Notes under the pieces: model-generated
Databases searched by the model: none
Seen by the model: the letters and a program-made list of their open reading frames with translations, nothing else
Told to the model about the DNA's origin: nothing
NCBI RefSeq assembly: GCF_003334355.1
Contig: NZ_QOWP01000076.1
Reading direction: 5' to 3' (one strand)
Source of the DNA: Escherichia coli
GTDB lineage: Bacteria; Pseudomonadota; Gammaproteobacteria; Enterobacterales; Enterobacteriaceae
Length of the DNA stretch: 2,326 bases
Shown: positions 1 to 2,326 of the stretch, piece after piece
Layout: every line of letters starts with the position of its first letter
Position numbering within the stretch: position 1 is the stretch's first letter
Translations under genes and position numbers: made by a program

Positions 1-122
1 TTTGCTCTTTAAAAATCTGGATCAAGCTGAAAATTGAAACACTGAACAACGAAAGTTGTTCGTGAGTCTCTCAAATTTTCGCAACACGATGATGAATCGT
101 AAGAAACATCTTCGGGTTGTGA
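1..122 (+). other. 3' portion of the 16S-23S internal transcribed spacer (pre-23S leader), expected to carry the 5' strand of the 23S precursor processing stem cleaved by RNase III
   Basis: AT-rich non-coding sequence immediately upstream of the mature 23S 5' end (GGTTAAGCGACTAAGCG at 123). The string TTTGCTCTTTAAAAATCTGGATCAAGCTGAAAATTGAAACACTGAACAACGA...GAAACATCTTCGGGTTGTGA matches my recollection of the enterobacterial ITS just before 23S. No tRNA cloverleaf is evident in these 122 nt, so any spacer tRNA lies upstream of the window. Confidence 0.8.

Positions 123-2326
<2,204 letters not shown>

Noticed and set aside
1-122. Possible promoter or tRNA gene in the spacer
   Set aside because: rrn promoters lie upstream of 16S, and none is expected or evident here. 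The 122 nt show no tRNA-like cloverleaf (no GTTC-type T-loop with an acceptor stem ending in CCA). The spacer tRNA(s) would be upstream of the window.

Overview
The whole window is a ribosomal RNA operon segment on the + strand: the last ~122 nt of the 16S-23S internal transcribed spacer (1-122), then the first ~2,200 nt of a 23S rRNA gene (123-2326), which runs off the 3' window edge. The sequence is Escherichia/Shigella-like enterobacterial 23S, recognised from memory across the 5' end, the GTPase-associated centre, helix 69 and the start of domain V. All seven ORFs in the supplied track are on the minus strand, antisense to the rRNA, and I treat them as translation artefacts. I see no protein-coding gene, mobile element, CRISPR array or candidate novel system here. 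The only points worth a second look are small operon-level differences from the E. coli reference as I recall it, chiefly a 2-nt longer, structurally compensated GNRA hairpin in domain IV. No alignment or search was run; every reference comparison is from memory.
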